A DNA stretch of 64,000 nucleotides, taken from contig DATLZY010000005.1 of the NCBI GenBank assembly GCA_035573755.1, positions 33,190 through 97,189 on the forward strand, read 5' to 3'. A program made the translations under genes and the position numbers. This document shows positions 52,120 to 61,831 of this stretch, piece by piece; position 1 is the stretch's first letter, and each line of letters starts with the position of its first letter. The stretch comes from Candidatus Acidiferrales bacterium. Its GTDB lineage: Bacteria > Pseudomonadota > Gammaproteobacteria > UBA5335. Below the pieces are notes generated by a model. The model worked only from the letters and a program-made list of their open reading frames with translations. It was not told where the DNA came from and searched no databases.

Positions 52120-53472
52120 ATGAAGATCACCGTATTCGGCAGCGGCTATGTGGGGCTGGTCACGGCGGCCTGTTTCGCCCGCATGGGCAACAAGGTCTTG
52201 TGCGTCGACATCGATGCGGCCAAGGTCGCGGCCTTGCAGGCTGGGCGGGTGCCGATCCGGGAGCAGGGCCTCGATGATCTGGTGGCGGAGACGATTGCCT
52301 CGGGTCACCTGTCGTTCACCACCGATGCAGCTCGAGGCGTGGCGCATGGCCTGTACCAGTTCATCGCCGTGGGCACGCCGGCGGACGAGGACGGTTCGGC
52401 GGACCTCAGTCATGTGCTGGCTGTCGCTGCCACGATCGCGAGCCACATGACGGACTATCGCATCATCGTCGACAAATCGACCGTGCCCGTCGGGACAGCG
52501 CAGCGGGTGAGCGCCGTGATCCGTGACGGACTGGCGCAGCGCGGGGTCAGCGTGCCGTTTGCCGTGGTGTCCAATCCGGAATTCCTGAAGGAGGGCAATG
52601 CGGTCGAGGACTTCATGAAACCCGACCGCATCATCGTGGGCGCCGAGGACGAGCGCGCCATTCGCGAGATGCAGCGCCTCTATGCCCCGTTCAACCGCAA
52701 GAGCGACCGTCTGCTGGTGATGGACCCGCTGTCGGCCGAGCTGACCAAGTATGCGGCCAATGCCATGCTGGCCACCAAGATCAGCTTGATGAACGAGTTC
52801 GCCAATATCGCCGAGCGCGTCGGTGCCGACATCGAGCAGGTGCGCTTAGGGCTCGGTTCGGACCCGCGCATCGGGTTTCATTTCATCTATCCGGGTGCGG
52901 GCTACGGGGGCTCCTGCTTTCCCAAGGACGTCAGCGCGCTGATTCACACGGCGCGGGAGGTGGGTCATCCGGCACGCATCCTCGATGCGGTACAGGCCGT
53001 CAACGAGCGCCAGAAAAGCCGCCTGTTCGAGCGCATCCAGCAGCATTTCGGTCACGACTTGTCCGGTTTGACCTTCGCTCTTTGGGGGCTGGCGTTCAAG
53101 CCCGGCACCGACGACATGCGTGAGGCGCCCAGCCGGGTGCTGATGGAAGCGCTCTGGCGGGCTGGCGCGCGGGTACGGGCCCACGATCCGGCGGCCATGG
53201 CCGAAGCGCGCCGCCTGTACCCGGACACCGAAGCGCTGACGCTGTGTGATGACCCGCTCAGCTGCCTCGACGGCGCCGAGGGCCTCGTGGTCATGACCGA
53301 ATGGAACGTCTATCGCAGCCCGGATTTCGACGAACTGAAGCAGCGTCTGCGCCGCCCGGTCATTTTCGATGGCCGCAACCTGTATGACCCTCGCATGCTG
53401 GCAGAGCAGGGTTTCGGTTATTACGCCATCGGTCGCCCGGTGATCGAGCCGGCGCCGTCTGCGAGCAGCTGA
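52120..53472 (+). CDS. ugd: UDP-glucose 6-dehydrogenase
   Basis: [14 protein letters not shown] and the catalytic region [12 protein letters not shown]. 450 aa. Confidence 0.92.
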   Translation: MKITVFGSGYVGLVTAACFARMGNKVLCVDIDAAKVAALQAGRVPIREQGLDDLVAETIASGHLSFTTDAARGVAHGLYQFIAVGTPADEDGSADLSHVLAVAATIASHMTDYRIIVDKSTVPVGTAQRVSAVIRDGLAQRGVSVPFAVVSNPEFLKEGNAVEDFMKPDRIIVGAEDERAIREMQRLYAPFNRKSDRLLVMDPLSAELTKYAANAMLATKISLMNEFANIAERVGADIEQVRLGLGSDPRIGFHFIYPGAGYGGSCFPKDVSALIHTAREVGHPARILDAVQAVNERQKSRLFERIQQHFGHDLSGLTFALWGLAFKPGTDDMREAPSRVLMEALWRAGARVRAHDPAAMAEARRLYPDTEALTLCDDPLSCLDGAEGLVVMTEWNVYRSPDFDELKQRLRRPVIFDGRNLYDPRMLAEQGFGYYAIGRPVIEPAPSASS

Positions 53473-53475
53473 GTC

Positions 53476-54432
53476 ATGACGGTGACGGGATCGCGTGCCG
53501 ATCCGCAAGCCCCACGGGTGCTGGTCGTCGGCGCTGGCGCGGTCGGCGGATTCTACGGCAGCCTGCTGGCGCGCCAAGGCTGGACCGTGGACGTGGTCTG
53601 TCGCAGCGAGGCCGACCTCGTGGCGCGGCAGGGATTCGCTATTCGCAGCGATCCGATGGGGGAGTGGACCTTTCGGCCACGGGCCGTGTTTGCCGCGGTC
53701 GAGCCTCCGGACGAGCCGCCCGACTATCTGCTGCTGACGACCAAGGTGATCGCCGGCGAGGACCGCGCCGCACTGATCCGCCCGGCCGTCGGTCCGCGTA
53801 CCGTGATCGTCGTGCTGGAAAACGGCATCGGCATCGAGGCGCCCTTGGCGGCAGCCTTCCCGGACCATGAACTCATCAGCGCGCTGGCCTTCGTCTGTGT
53901 TTCGCGTAGCGCACCCGGCCACATCCATCATCAGGCCTATGGTGCGCTCACTTTGGGTCGTTATCCGCTGGGCACATCAGCGGCGGCGGAGCAGCTGGCC
54001 GCTGCGTTCCGTCAGGCGGCAATCGCCGTCGAGGTCAGCGACGATATCGTGACCGCTCGCTGGCGCAAGGCGGTATGGAACGCCGCCTTCAATCCGGCGT
54101 CGGTTCTCGCCGGCTGTGTCGACACCGGTCGACTGATGGCCGATGAACACGCCGTGCGCATGATCGCGCGCGCCATGGACGAGGTGTGCCAGATCGCCGC
54201 TGCTGCGGGTCACCCTTTGCCCGAGCGGACCGCCGCGGCGATGATCGAAAACACGCGCCACATGCCGCCCTATCTCACCAGCATGACGCTTGATGCGATC
54301 CAGGGCCGGCCGCTGGAGCGCGAGGCCATTTTGGGTGCCATTCTCGATGCGGCAAGGACACACGCCGTTGCCGCGCCCACCCTCGAAACCTTCGACGTGC
54401 TGCTGCGCCTGCGTGAAACAGCGGCTCGTTGA
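53476..54432 (+). CDS. 2-dehydropantoate 2-reductase (PanE/ApbA) family oxidoreductase
   Basis: VLVVGAGAVGGFYG Rossmann motif, a VLENGIG block, and a C-terminal KPR domain with SMTLDAIQGRPLE. Confidence 0.8.
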   Translation: MTVTGSRADPQAPRVLVVGAGAVGGFYGSLLARQGWTVDVVCRSEADLVARQGFAIRSDPMGEWTFRPRAVFAAVEPPDEPPDYLLLTTKVIAGEDRAALIRPAVGPRTVIVVLENGIGIEAPLAAAFPDHELISALAFVCVSRSAPGHIHHQAYGALTLGRYPLGTSAAAEQLAAAFRQAAIAVEVSDDIVTARWRKAVWNAAFNPASVLAGCVDTGRLMADEHAVRMIARAMDEVCQIAAAAGHPLPERTAAAMIENTRHMPPYLTSMTLDAIQGRPLEREAILGAILDAARTHAVAAPTLETFDVLLRLRETAAR

Positions 54433-54657
54433 TCTCACCGGCTGGAAGTTGAGCGGGCTTCGTTGTACCGTTAGCGCTCTCCGGCTGCCGCAGGGTCGTG
54501 GCAGCCTGCTCGATGCCCCAAGGAAGGCGGCGCATGCAGCGCCGCAATCCAGTGCGAGGGAAGTCGATGGGGCGTGGTGACGATGTCGCCGGCCGCCGTG
54601 CAGACGCAGGCATGGAGCACATGGAGTCGGCAGGATCGTCCGCACAGGAGTATACAA

Positions 54658-55839
54658 ATGGCTGATGCAGTTATCGTTTCTACTGCCCGCACCGGGATCG
54701 GCAAGGCATTTAAGGGTTCCTTGAACCTGACCCATGGCGCCGAAATGGGCGGCCATGTCATCAAGCATGCCGTCGAGCGCGCCGGCATCGATCCGGCCGA
54801 AGTCGAAGAAATCATCATGGGCTGCGGTCTGCCTGAAGGCGCGACCGGCAACAACATCGCCCGTCTTGCCGGCATCCGCGGCGGCATCCCGATCACCTCG
54901 ACCGGCGCCACCATTGCCCGGTTCTGTGGCTCCGGCCTCTCTGCCGTGGCTCACGCGGCGCAGCGCTGCATCGTCGACAAGGTACCGGTCGCCGTCGGCG
55001 GCGGGCTGGAGTCGATCAGCCTGGTGCAGAACAACATGAACATGAAGCATGCGATGGACAAGGGGCTGCTCAAGATGAAGCCCACCATCATGATGCCCAT
55101 GATTCCTACCGCCGAGAACATTGCCAAACGCTTCAACGTCACCCGCGAGGAAGCCGACCAGCTCGCCCTGCTGAGCCAGCAGCGCACCGCCGAAGCCCAG
55201 CGCAGTGGCAAGCTAGCCGAGGAAATCGTGCCGATCACGGTGACCATGGAAGTCACTGACAAGGAAACCGGTAAGACCGATAAGGTCGAGGTGACCCTGA
55301 GTCAGGACGAAGGCAACCGCCCGGACACCACGCTCGAAAAACTCGCCTCGCTGAAACCGGTCTCCGGCCCCACTGGCACGGTCACGGCCGGCAACGCCAG
55401 TCAGCTCTCCGACGGCGCTGCCGCAGTCGTCATCATGAACAGCGAATACGCCGAGAAAAAGGGCGTCAAGCCGCTGGGCATCTTCCGCGGTTTTGCCACC
55501 GCCGGCTGCGAACCCGACATCATGGGCATCGGCCCGGTCTTCGCCATCCCACGCCTGCTTGAGCGCCATGGCCTCAAGATGGACGACATCGGCCTGTGGG
55601 AACTCAACGAAGCCTTCGGCGTGCAGGCCATGTACTGCATCAAGGAACTGGGCATCCCCATGGAACTGTGCAACGTCAACGGCGGGGCCATCGCCATCGG
55701 CCACCCCTACGGCATGTCCGGCGCCCGCATGGTCGGCGCGGCTCTGCTCGAGGGCAAGCGCCGCGGCGTGAAGTACGTCGTGGTGTCGATGTGCATCGCC
55801 CAAGGTATGGGCGCTGCCGGCCTGTTCGAAGTGGTGTGA
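54658..55839 (+). CDS. acetyl-CoA C-acyltransferase (thiolase)
   Basis: [21 protein letters not shown], active-site Cys in [10 protein letters not shown], and C-terminal [28 protein letters not shown]. Confidence 0.92.
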   Translation: MADAVIVSTARTGIGKAFKGSLNLTHGAEMGGHVIKHAVERAGIDPAEVEEIIMGCGLPEGATGNNIARLAGIRGGIPITSTGATIARFCGSGLSAVAHAAQRCIVDKVPVAVGGGLESISLVQNNMNMKHAMDKGLLKMKPTIMMPMIPTAENIAKRFNVTREEADQLALLSQQRTAEAQRSGKLAEEIVPITVTMEVTDKETGKTDKVEVTLSQDEGNRPDTTLEKLASLKPVSGPTGTVTAGNASQLSDGAAAVVIMNSEYAEKKGVKPLGIFRGFATAGCEPDIMGIGPVFAIPRLLERHGLKMDDIGLWELNEAFGVQAMYCIKELGIPMELCNVNGGAIAIGHPYGMSGARMVGAALLEGKRRGVKYVVVSMCIAQGMGAAGLFEVV

Positions 55840-55862
55840 GGCTGACCGCGAGCAGTCTGTCC

Positions 55863-55895
55863 GGCCCGGAGCCTCGTCGCTCCGGGCCTTTTTTG
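55863..55895 (+). terminator. intrinsic terminator after the thiolase gene
   Basis: 10-bp stem ggcccggagc/gctccgggcc with a 6-nt loop, followed by TTTTTT. Confidence 0.85.
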
Positions 55896-55909
55896 CGTGA
55901 TCCGGTTAT

Positions 55910-55938
55910 TTGGGATCAAGGCGGCCGCGTGTTATTAT
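55910..55938 (+). promoter_or_regulatory. candidate sigma70 promoter for etfBA
   Basis: TTGGGA-N17-TATTAT, about 100 nt upstream of the etfB ATG. Confidence 0.4.
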
Positions 55939-56036
55939 CGTCCGCTTTGATTGGGTCCTGTATGCTGGGCCGGTGAGCGGTATCTACGGTGCCGGCGCCG
56001 TTAATTCCTAATGGATGACTTGGAGCGATTACGGTC

Positions 56037-56783
56037 ATGAAGATTCTGGTGGGTGTCAAGCGGGTCGTTGACTACAACGTCCGCGTTCAGGTCAAGCCGG
56101 ACGGGTCCGGCGTGGCCCTCGACGGCGTCAAGATGAGCGTCAACCCTTTCGACGAAATCGCCGTTGAAGAAGCGTTGCGGCTCAAGGAAGCGGGTAAGGC
56201 CACGGAAGTTGTCGTCGTATCCATCGGCACCTCTGCCGCTCAGGAGCAGTTGCGCACGGCGCTTGCGATGGGCGCCGATCGCGCCATTCTGGTGGAAGCT
56301 GCGGAAGCCCCCCAACCCCTGACCGTGGCCCGCATCTTTGCCAAGCTGGTGGAGAAGGAAGGCGCAGGACTGGTGATGCTCGGCAAGCAGGCCATCGACG
56401 ATGACGCCGGCCAGACGCCCCAGATGCTGGCAGCGCTGCTGGGTTGTGCACAGGCATCTTATGCTTCCAAGATCGAGATCAATGGCAACAGCGCCAAGGT
56501 GACCCAGGAAGTCGATGCCGGTCTGCAGACCATCGAGGTAGACCTGCCTGCCGTAATCAGCGCCGACCTGCGCTTGAACGAGCCGCGCTACGTCAAGTTG
56601 CCCGACATCATGAAGGCCAAGAAAAAACCTCTCGACACCGTTGCTCTCGCTGATTTGGGCGTCGAGCCCGCTCCGGCGCTCAAGATCGTCAAGACCGAGG
56701 CCCCTGCGGCGCGTAGCGGTGGCCGCAAGGTCGGCAGCGCCGAGGAACTGGTCAAGGAACTGAAGAACAAGGGGCTGCTGTAA
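56037..56783 (+). CDS. etfB: electron transfer flavoprotein beta subunit
   Basis: [26 protein letters not shown]...[16 protein letters not shown]. Confidence 0.95.
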   Translation: MKILVGVKRVVDYNVRVQVKPDGSGVALDGVKMSVNPFDEIAVEEALRLKEAGKATEVVVVSIGTSAAQEQLRTALAMGADRAILVEAAEAPQPLTVARIFAKLVEKEGAGLVMLGKQAIDDDAGQTPQMLAALLGCAQASYASKIEINGNSAKVTQEVDAGLQTIEVDLPAVISADLRLNEPRYVKLPDIMKAKKKPLDTVALADLGVEPAPALKIVKTEAPAARSGGRKVGSAEELVKELKNKGLL

Positions 56784-57730
56784 TGAGCAAGGTATTGATT
56801 ATTGGCGAACAGACCGGTGGCATCCTAGGGCAGGCCGTGGGCCGCGCCGTGGCTTGTGCCAAGGAATTGAATCCGACTGAGGTGACGGTGGCACTGTTCG
56901 GTGCCGGTGATCTTGGCGGCGCAGCTCAGGCTGCGGCGGCGCTGGACGGCGTGACCCGCGTGGTCACCGTCGACAACCCAGCCAATGCCCATCCACTGGC
57001 CGCTCTGGTTGCACCGCAGGTGGTGGCCCTGGCCCAGCAGGGTGGCTATAGTCACATCCTGGCCGGCAACACCAGCCTGGGCAAGGACACGTTGCCGCGC
57101 GTCGCCGCGTTGCTCGGTGTACCGCAGGTCACCGATATCATGCAGGCGCTGGGTGCGCGCAGCTTCAAGCGGCCGACCTATGCCGGCAACGCCATCGTGA
57201 CCGTCGAGGTGGAGGGCGATGGTGTGATTTGCGGGACGGTACGCGGTGCATCTTACCCGTCTGTCGGCACGGGTGGCTCGGCGGCTATCGAAGCGGTGAG
57301 CCTGGATGTGGCGCTGCCTAGCCACACCCGTTTCGTGTCGCAGGAAACCAGCAAGAGCGATCGCCCCGATCTGCAGAGCGCGCCCAAGGTTGTCTCGGGC
57401 GGTCGTGGCGTCGGCAGCGCGGAGAATTTCAAGCTGATCTTCAGCTTAGCCGACAAAATCGGCGCTGGCGTCGGTGCATCGCGCGCCGCGGTGGATGCCG
57501 GTTTCGTGCCCAACGAGATGCAGGTCGGCCAGACCGGCAAGATCATCGCGCCCGAGCTTTATATCGCCGTCGGGATCTCCGGTGCCATTCAGCATCTGGC
57601 GGGCATCAAGGACGCCGGCACCATCGTCGCCATCAACAAGGACGAAGAGGCGCCTATCTTCGAGGTAGCCGATCTGGGTCTGGTGGGTGATCTGTTCCAG
57701 GTTCTGCCGGAATTGGAAAAGCTGATCTGA
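56783..57730 (+). CDS. etfA: electron transfer flavoprotein alpha subunit
   Basis: C-terminal FAD block PELYIAVGISGAIQHLAGIKDAGTIVAINKDEEAPIF. TAATG overlap with etfB. Confidence 0.95.
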   Translation: MSKVLIIGEQTGGILGQAVGRAVACAKELNPTEVTVALFGAGDLGGAAQAAAALDGVTRVVTVDNPANAHPLAALVAPQVVALAQQGGYSHILAGNTSLGKDTLPRVAALLGVPQVTDIMQALGARSFKRPTYAGNAIVTVEVEGDGVICGTVRGASYPSVGTGGSAAIEAVSLDVALPSHTRFVSQETSKSDRPDLQSAPKVVSGGRGVGSAENFKLIFSLADKIGAGVGASRAAVDAGFVPNEMQVGQTGKIIAPELYIAVGISGAIQHLAGIKDAGTIVAINKDEEAPIFEVADLGLVGDLFQVLPELEKLI

Positions 57731-57770
57731 ACCGACCGTATCGGGCGATTCCGGCGCGGTTTGACTATAA

Positions 57771-57799
57771 AAGAGGGGGCCCATGCCCCCTCTTTTTTG
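57771..57799 (+). terminator. intrinsic terminator after etfA
   Basis: 10-bp stem aagagggggc/gccccctctt with loop ccat, running into a T tract. Confidence 0.85.
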
Positions 57800-57937
57800 G
57801 GGCAAGCGTACGGCGCGTTGGCTTTGGATTGGTCGATCCGGCTGAATCATGCTTGCGGCTCGCCCTGCGCGCGGTTTATGGTCATCGCCCGAGCACCGGC
57901 GCTCGGCCGTTTTCCCCTATCACAAGGAGTGCGTTTC

Positions 57938-58336
57938 ATGTCAGCGGAACTGTTTTGGCTCACCTGGACCGTAATCCTGACCGCCTTTTTATTCCTGCCT
58001 TACGTCCTGAACCGGATTGGGATCCGCGGCCTGTTCGGTGCCATGGGCAATCCCCGCCCCGATGATCTGCCTGAGTCGGATTGGGCCCAGCGGGCGATGC
58101 GCGCCCATGCCAATGCGGTGGAAAACCTTGTCGTCTTTGCCCCGCTGGTGCTCATGGTGGAACTCGTCGGTGCCAATTCGGGATTGACGGCATTTGGTGC
58201 GGCCCTCTATTTCTGGGCCAGGCTGGTGCACTACGTGGTCTATACCTTGGGCATCCCGATTGTGCGGACCTTGAGTTTCTTCACGGGGCTGGCTGGAGAA
58301 GTGCTGCTCATGATCGCTCTCATCGGGGCGATGTGA
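57938..58336 (+). CDS. MAPEG-family membrane protein
   Basis: 132 aa, 4 TM, with RAHANAVENLVVFAPLVL typical of MAPEG. AAGGAG RBS. Confidence 0.8.
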   Translation: MSAELFWLTWTVILTAFLFLPYVLNRIGIRGLFGAMGNPRPDDLPESDWAQRAMRAHANAVENLVVFAPLVLMVELVGANSGLTAFGAALYFWARLVHYVVYTLGIPIVRTLSFFTGLAGEVLLMIALIGAM

Positions 58337-58343
58337 CGTCGGC

Positions 58344-59342
58344 ATGATGCGCATGCGCGCCTTGATCGCCAGCCGTCCGGGCGGCCCGGAGGTGCTGGAG
58401 TGGGTCGAAGTCGATCTACCAGAAGTGGGCAGCGAAGAGGTCAGGGTTCGCGTGCGTGCGGCGGGCGTGAATCGCGCCGATCTGCTGCAGCGCAGCGGAC
58501 TCTATCCGCCGCCGCTCGGTTGGGATCCACGCCGGATTGGTCTGGAATATGCTGGCGTGGTCGAGCAGGTTGGCGAGCGCTGCGTTCTACGCCGTCCGGG
58601 CGATCGGGTGATGGGCATTGTGGCAGCCGGTGCCTGCGCCGAATTCGTAACTGTTCCCGAACGCGAAACCCTTCTGATTCCCAACGCGCTGACCGACACT
58701 GAAGCGGCCGCGATTCCCGAGGCCTTCCTGACGGCTTTCCGTGCCTTGTGGGACGAAGGCGCGCTGGCGCTCGGGCAGGCGGTGCTGATCCGGATTGCGA
58801 CCTCGACGGTGGGCATGGCGGCGATCCAACTGGCCCATGTGGCTGGCCATCCGCTCGCCGGAACCGGGCGCGATTCATCGCGACTGGCAGTGCTGCGGGA
58901 TCTGGGGCTGAAACATGTTCTGATCGAAGGGCCAGACATGGTGCGCCGCGCTCACGCCGTCTTGAATGGCCCGGTCCAGGTCGTGCTCGATCTGTGGGGT
59001 GGCGGTCGACTGGCAGAAAATCTGGCGCTGCTCGCCGACGAAGGCCGTCTAGTCGTGGTCGGTCTGCTGGGCGGCACCCGCGACACGCTCGATTTGGGTA
59101 CGCTGCTGATGCGGCGGCAGAGCATCCGCACGCTGACCATGCGCAGCCAGCCCATCGAGCGGCGCATTGCCCTGGTGCGCCGATTCGAGCGTGAGGTGTT
59201 GCCGCTATTGGCCACCGGGCGCCTGCGCATGCCGATCGCGCAGATCTATCCCATGGCCGATGCGGCTCAGGCACATCGCGATATGGTAACCGGTCATCGT
59301 CCGGGCAAGCTTGTCCTGTCACTGTCCTGCGGCGCAAGCTGA
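58344..59342 (+). CDS. NAD(P)H:quinone oxidoreductase (zinc-independent MDR, PIG3/Qor type)
   Basis: GGPEVLEWVEVDLPEVGSEEVRVRVRAAGVNRADLLQRSGLYPPP. 332 aa. Confidence 0.85.
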   Translation: MMRMRALIASRPGGPEVLEWVEVDLPEVGSEEVRVRVRAAGVNRADLLQRSGLYPPPLGWDPRRIGLEYAGVVEQVGERCVLRRPGDRVMGIVAAGACAEFVTVPERETLLIPNALTDTEAAAIPEAFLTAFRALWDEGALALGQAVLIRIATSTVGMAAIQLAHVAGHPLAGTGRDSSRLAVLRDLGLKHVLIEGPDMVRRAHAVLNGPVQVVLDLWGGGRLAENLALLADEGRLVVVGLLGGTRDTLDLGTLLMRRQSIRTLTMRSQPIERRIALVRRFEREVLPLLATGRLRMPIAQIYPMADAAQAHRDMVTGHRPGKLVLSLSCGAS

Positions 59343-59620
59343 CCGCTCAATACCACCTCCGAACGCGGGCTTGGTCTTACATCCATGATCAGCGGGCCGG
59401 CAATGGTGGGGTGCCCGGTTCCATCGATCGTAAATACCCCCAGCCGCACGCACCCGCTTCACGCGTTGCATTACACGCCCCTTCGATCATCCATTTCACG
59501 TCATTTCACGCGCTCGCATCGGGCGCTCCTGCGCTGACATGCCCGCACGATCCAATCTGGCGACCTCGCAAGAGGGGAACTATGTTAGAAGACGGATATC
59601 GGCCAATTGAAGGAGCATTC

Positions 59621-59874
59621 ATGTCAGGGAAGACCGGATTCTGGGCCATCGCCCAGCGCGAGCCTCAAAAGACCGCTGCCGGTCGGGCGATATGTTTTCA
59701 GGAACTGGACGGGCGGGTAAATCGCCTCTCCAACGGCTTGCGTTCACTCGAGCTTCAGTATTGCGATGGCATTGCCATGCTGATGCACAACGATCCAAGC
59801 TGAATCGAGGCGTTTGGCTGCGCATCAAATCGGCCTCTATCTGACGCTCATCAACTACCATCTGACCAGTCCCG
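59621..59874 (+). pseudogene. remnant of an acyl-CoA synthetase (AMP-dependent ligase) gene: in-frame stop, frameshift, then cut by an IS end
   Basis: GAAGGAG RBS and ATG at 59621 give ...ELDGRVNRLSNGLRSLELQYCDGIAMLMHNDPS then TGA. IEAF continues in frame. AAHQIGLYLTLINYHLTSP, a typical ligase N-terminal region, continues in another frame. It stops exactly where TGACCTGCCCCC begins at 59875. Confidence 0.75.
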
Positions 59875-60680
59875 TGACCTGCCCCCTTCAGCCGTACCAG
59901 TGATTCGGTTGGGGGGCTGGGGTTGAAGGTTAATGGAATTGGCTGGGTACGGTGTGACGAGCGGCATCGCCGTTGTGTCGGCGTAGCTGCTCTGCGTATT
60001 GGGCCGGCGGTATCCGGCCTATGCTGCTGTGGGGCCGGACCTCGTTGTAGTCGCTGCGCCAGGCGGCGATCTCTGTCCGGGCCTGTCTGAGGTTCTGGAA
60101 CCAGTGCTCATTGCGGCACTCGTCGCGGAACTTGCCGTTGAAGCTCTCGATGTAGCCGTTCTGCATGGGCCGGCCTGGCTCGATGAGGATGTGGCGGATG
60201 TGGTGCTCCTGCGTCCAGGCGATGAAAGCACGGCCGGTGAACTCCGGGCCGTTGTCGGTTCTGACAGCGGCCGGGTAGTCCCTGAATCGCGCTGCCTGGT
60301 CCAGCAGCCGGGTCACGTACAGGCCGCTGATGCCGCAGTCCACAGCAATGTCCACGCACTCATGGCTGAGGTCATCGGCCACGGTCGGGCACTTGATGCG
60401 CCGTCCGTTGGCCAGGCTGTCGCTGACGAAGTCCATGCTCCACACCTCGTTGATGCGTTGGGCGATGTTCAAGGGCGTGCGCTCCATCACCGGGCGCTTG
60501 GCCTGCTTGCGCTTGCGCACCGCCAGATGGGCCGCGCTGTAGAGCCGGTACACCCGCTTGTGATTGACACCGGGAAAGTCGTTGCGCAGCAGGTCGTGCA
60601 CGCGCCGGTAGCCGAAGCGCCAGCGCACATGGGCGATCCCTCCTGGGAGGAGCGTGAGCGAAAGATCTGATGATCCATGC
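59875..60680 (-). mobile_element. 5'-truncated IS3-family insertion sequence (right end plus most of orfB; orfA and left end missing)
   Basis: The plus-strand end TGACCTGCCCCC at 59875 corresponds to ...GGGGGCAGGTCA on the IS strand, the TG...CA termini typical of IS3-family IRs. It lies 55 nt beyond the orfB stop. The inner boundary is approximate. Confidence 0.8.
59930..60628 (-). pseudogene. IS3-family transposase OrfB (integrase core), N-terminally truncated
   Basis: RFGYRRVHDLLR...VNHKRVYRLY...WSMDFVSD...TDNGPEFTGRAF...SFNGKFRDECRNEHWF...RPHSSIG carries the DDE/rve-domain blocks. The frame hits a TAG about 15 codons upstream of the GTG, and no orfA is present. Confidence 0.85.
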
Positions 60681-60708
60681 GGCTCCTAAAGAAAACGCGG
60701 CGGCCCTC

Positions 60709-60737
60709 TTGAACGGTCGTTCAACTGGGAGTATAAG
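60709..60737 (+). promoter_or_regulatory. candidate sigma70 promoter for the pmoCAB-like operon
   Basis: TTGAAC-N17-TATAAG, about 150 nt upstream of the pmoC ATG and just inside the IS-remnant boundary region. Confidence 0.4.
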
Positions 60738-60888
60738 TTGATCCAGGGTCGAGTCGCTATGCCGGATCGGCTCGGAAAAGTCAAGCCGCTGCGGACAAGT
60801 TTTTGCTCCGTAGGGTGGACGGTTCTTCATCCAACGAGATACCCCCTTCTTTGAGAAAGGGGGATCTGCAACAAGAGGAGACACAGTC

Positions 60889-61686
60889 ATGAGTACCGTA
60901 ATGGATCGCAATATCGCGGGCGAGCCCGCAACAGGGACGGAGGCGCCGCGCCCGCCATGGGGCTTAGCGGTTACCGTGACGGCGATCGCGATCGCATTCG
61001 TCGCCCTCGTGAAATGGTATCAACACAGTTTTTCCTGGTCAGTGGGGCTCGATTCATTTTCCGAGGAGTTTCAGATCTACTGGATGCGGATCTTCTATGC
61101 CCAGATCATTCTTCTGCCGGTCCTGGGTTGCATAGGGGCCGTCTGGCTCTGGCTGACTCGCGATCGAGACATCATGAACCTGCCGGCCCGGGATGAACTG
61201 GGGCGGTTTTATGCCATGTTCAGCATTCTCGTCGTAGCGGCGATCGCTCTGATTGCAGCCCTGGGACTGTTGACGGAAGCCGATGCGGCCTGGCATCAAG
61301 TGGTGATTCGGGACACCGACTTCACCCCAACCCACATTTTCCTATTCTATCTGGGGGTGCCTGCCGGTCTCGGCGGCTTGGCGATGGCTTGGATCTGGGT
61401 GCACACGCGACTGCCTTATTTTGCCAATCGTGTGTCCATGCCGCTGTCGCTGGCCATCATCGGCTTCATGTGCGCGGGTCCGGTGGTTGCCTTCAACGAA
61501 TGGGCACATACCTTCTTCTACGCCGAGGAACTGTTCGGTGCGCCGGTGCATTGGTTCTTCGTGCTCGCAGGATTTTTCCTCGTCTTTCTGATCGGTTTCG
61601 TGATTCAGTGCTTGCAACGCATGCATGAACTGAGCCGGGTATACAGCCTGGAGGAGGTGGAGAAGGAGATGGGTTTGGGCCGCTGA
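60889..61686 (+). CDS. pmoC: copper membrane monooxygenase subunit C (PmoC/AmoC family), operonic copy
   Basis: 265 aa, 6 TM. EADAAWHQVVIRDTDFTPTH and NEWAHTFFYAEELFGAPVH ligand blocks. AAGAGGAG RBS. Confidence 0.92.
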   Translation: MSTVMDRNIAGEPATGTEAPRPPWGLAVTVTAIAIAFVALVKWYQHSFSWSVGLDSFSEEFQIYWMRIFYAQIILLPVLGCIGAVWLWLTRDRDIMNLPARDELGRFYAMFSILVVAAIALIAALGLLTEADAAWHQVVIRDTDFTPTHIFLFYLGVPAGLGGLAMAWIWVHTRLPYFANRVSMPLSLAIIGFMCAGPVVAFNEWAHTFFYAEELFGAPVHWFFVLAGFFLVFLIGFVIQCLQRMHELSRVYSLEEVEKEMGLGR

Positions 61687-61695
61687 CGGACAACA

Positions 61696-61733
61696 CCGGA
61701 GCGAATGGTCGAGGGAGCGCCCATTCGCTCCGG
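61696..61733 (+). promoter_or_regulatory. perfect 13-bp intercistronic hairpin between pmoC and pmoA
   Basis: ccggagcgaatgg-N12-ccattcgctccgg with no following T tract. Starts 10 nt after the pmoC stop. Confidence 0.5.
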
Positions 61734-61831
61734 ATCGTCACGATATCGCATCTCCTATTGCGAGGTAGGCTGCTTTTGTCAGCACCAGCCCAAGCTCAAA
61801 CCGAAACCAATGGAAGGATGGAAGGGTTTTC

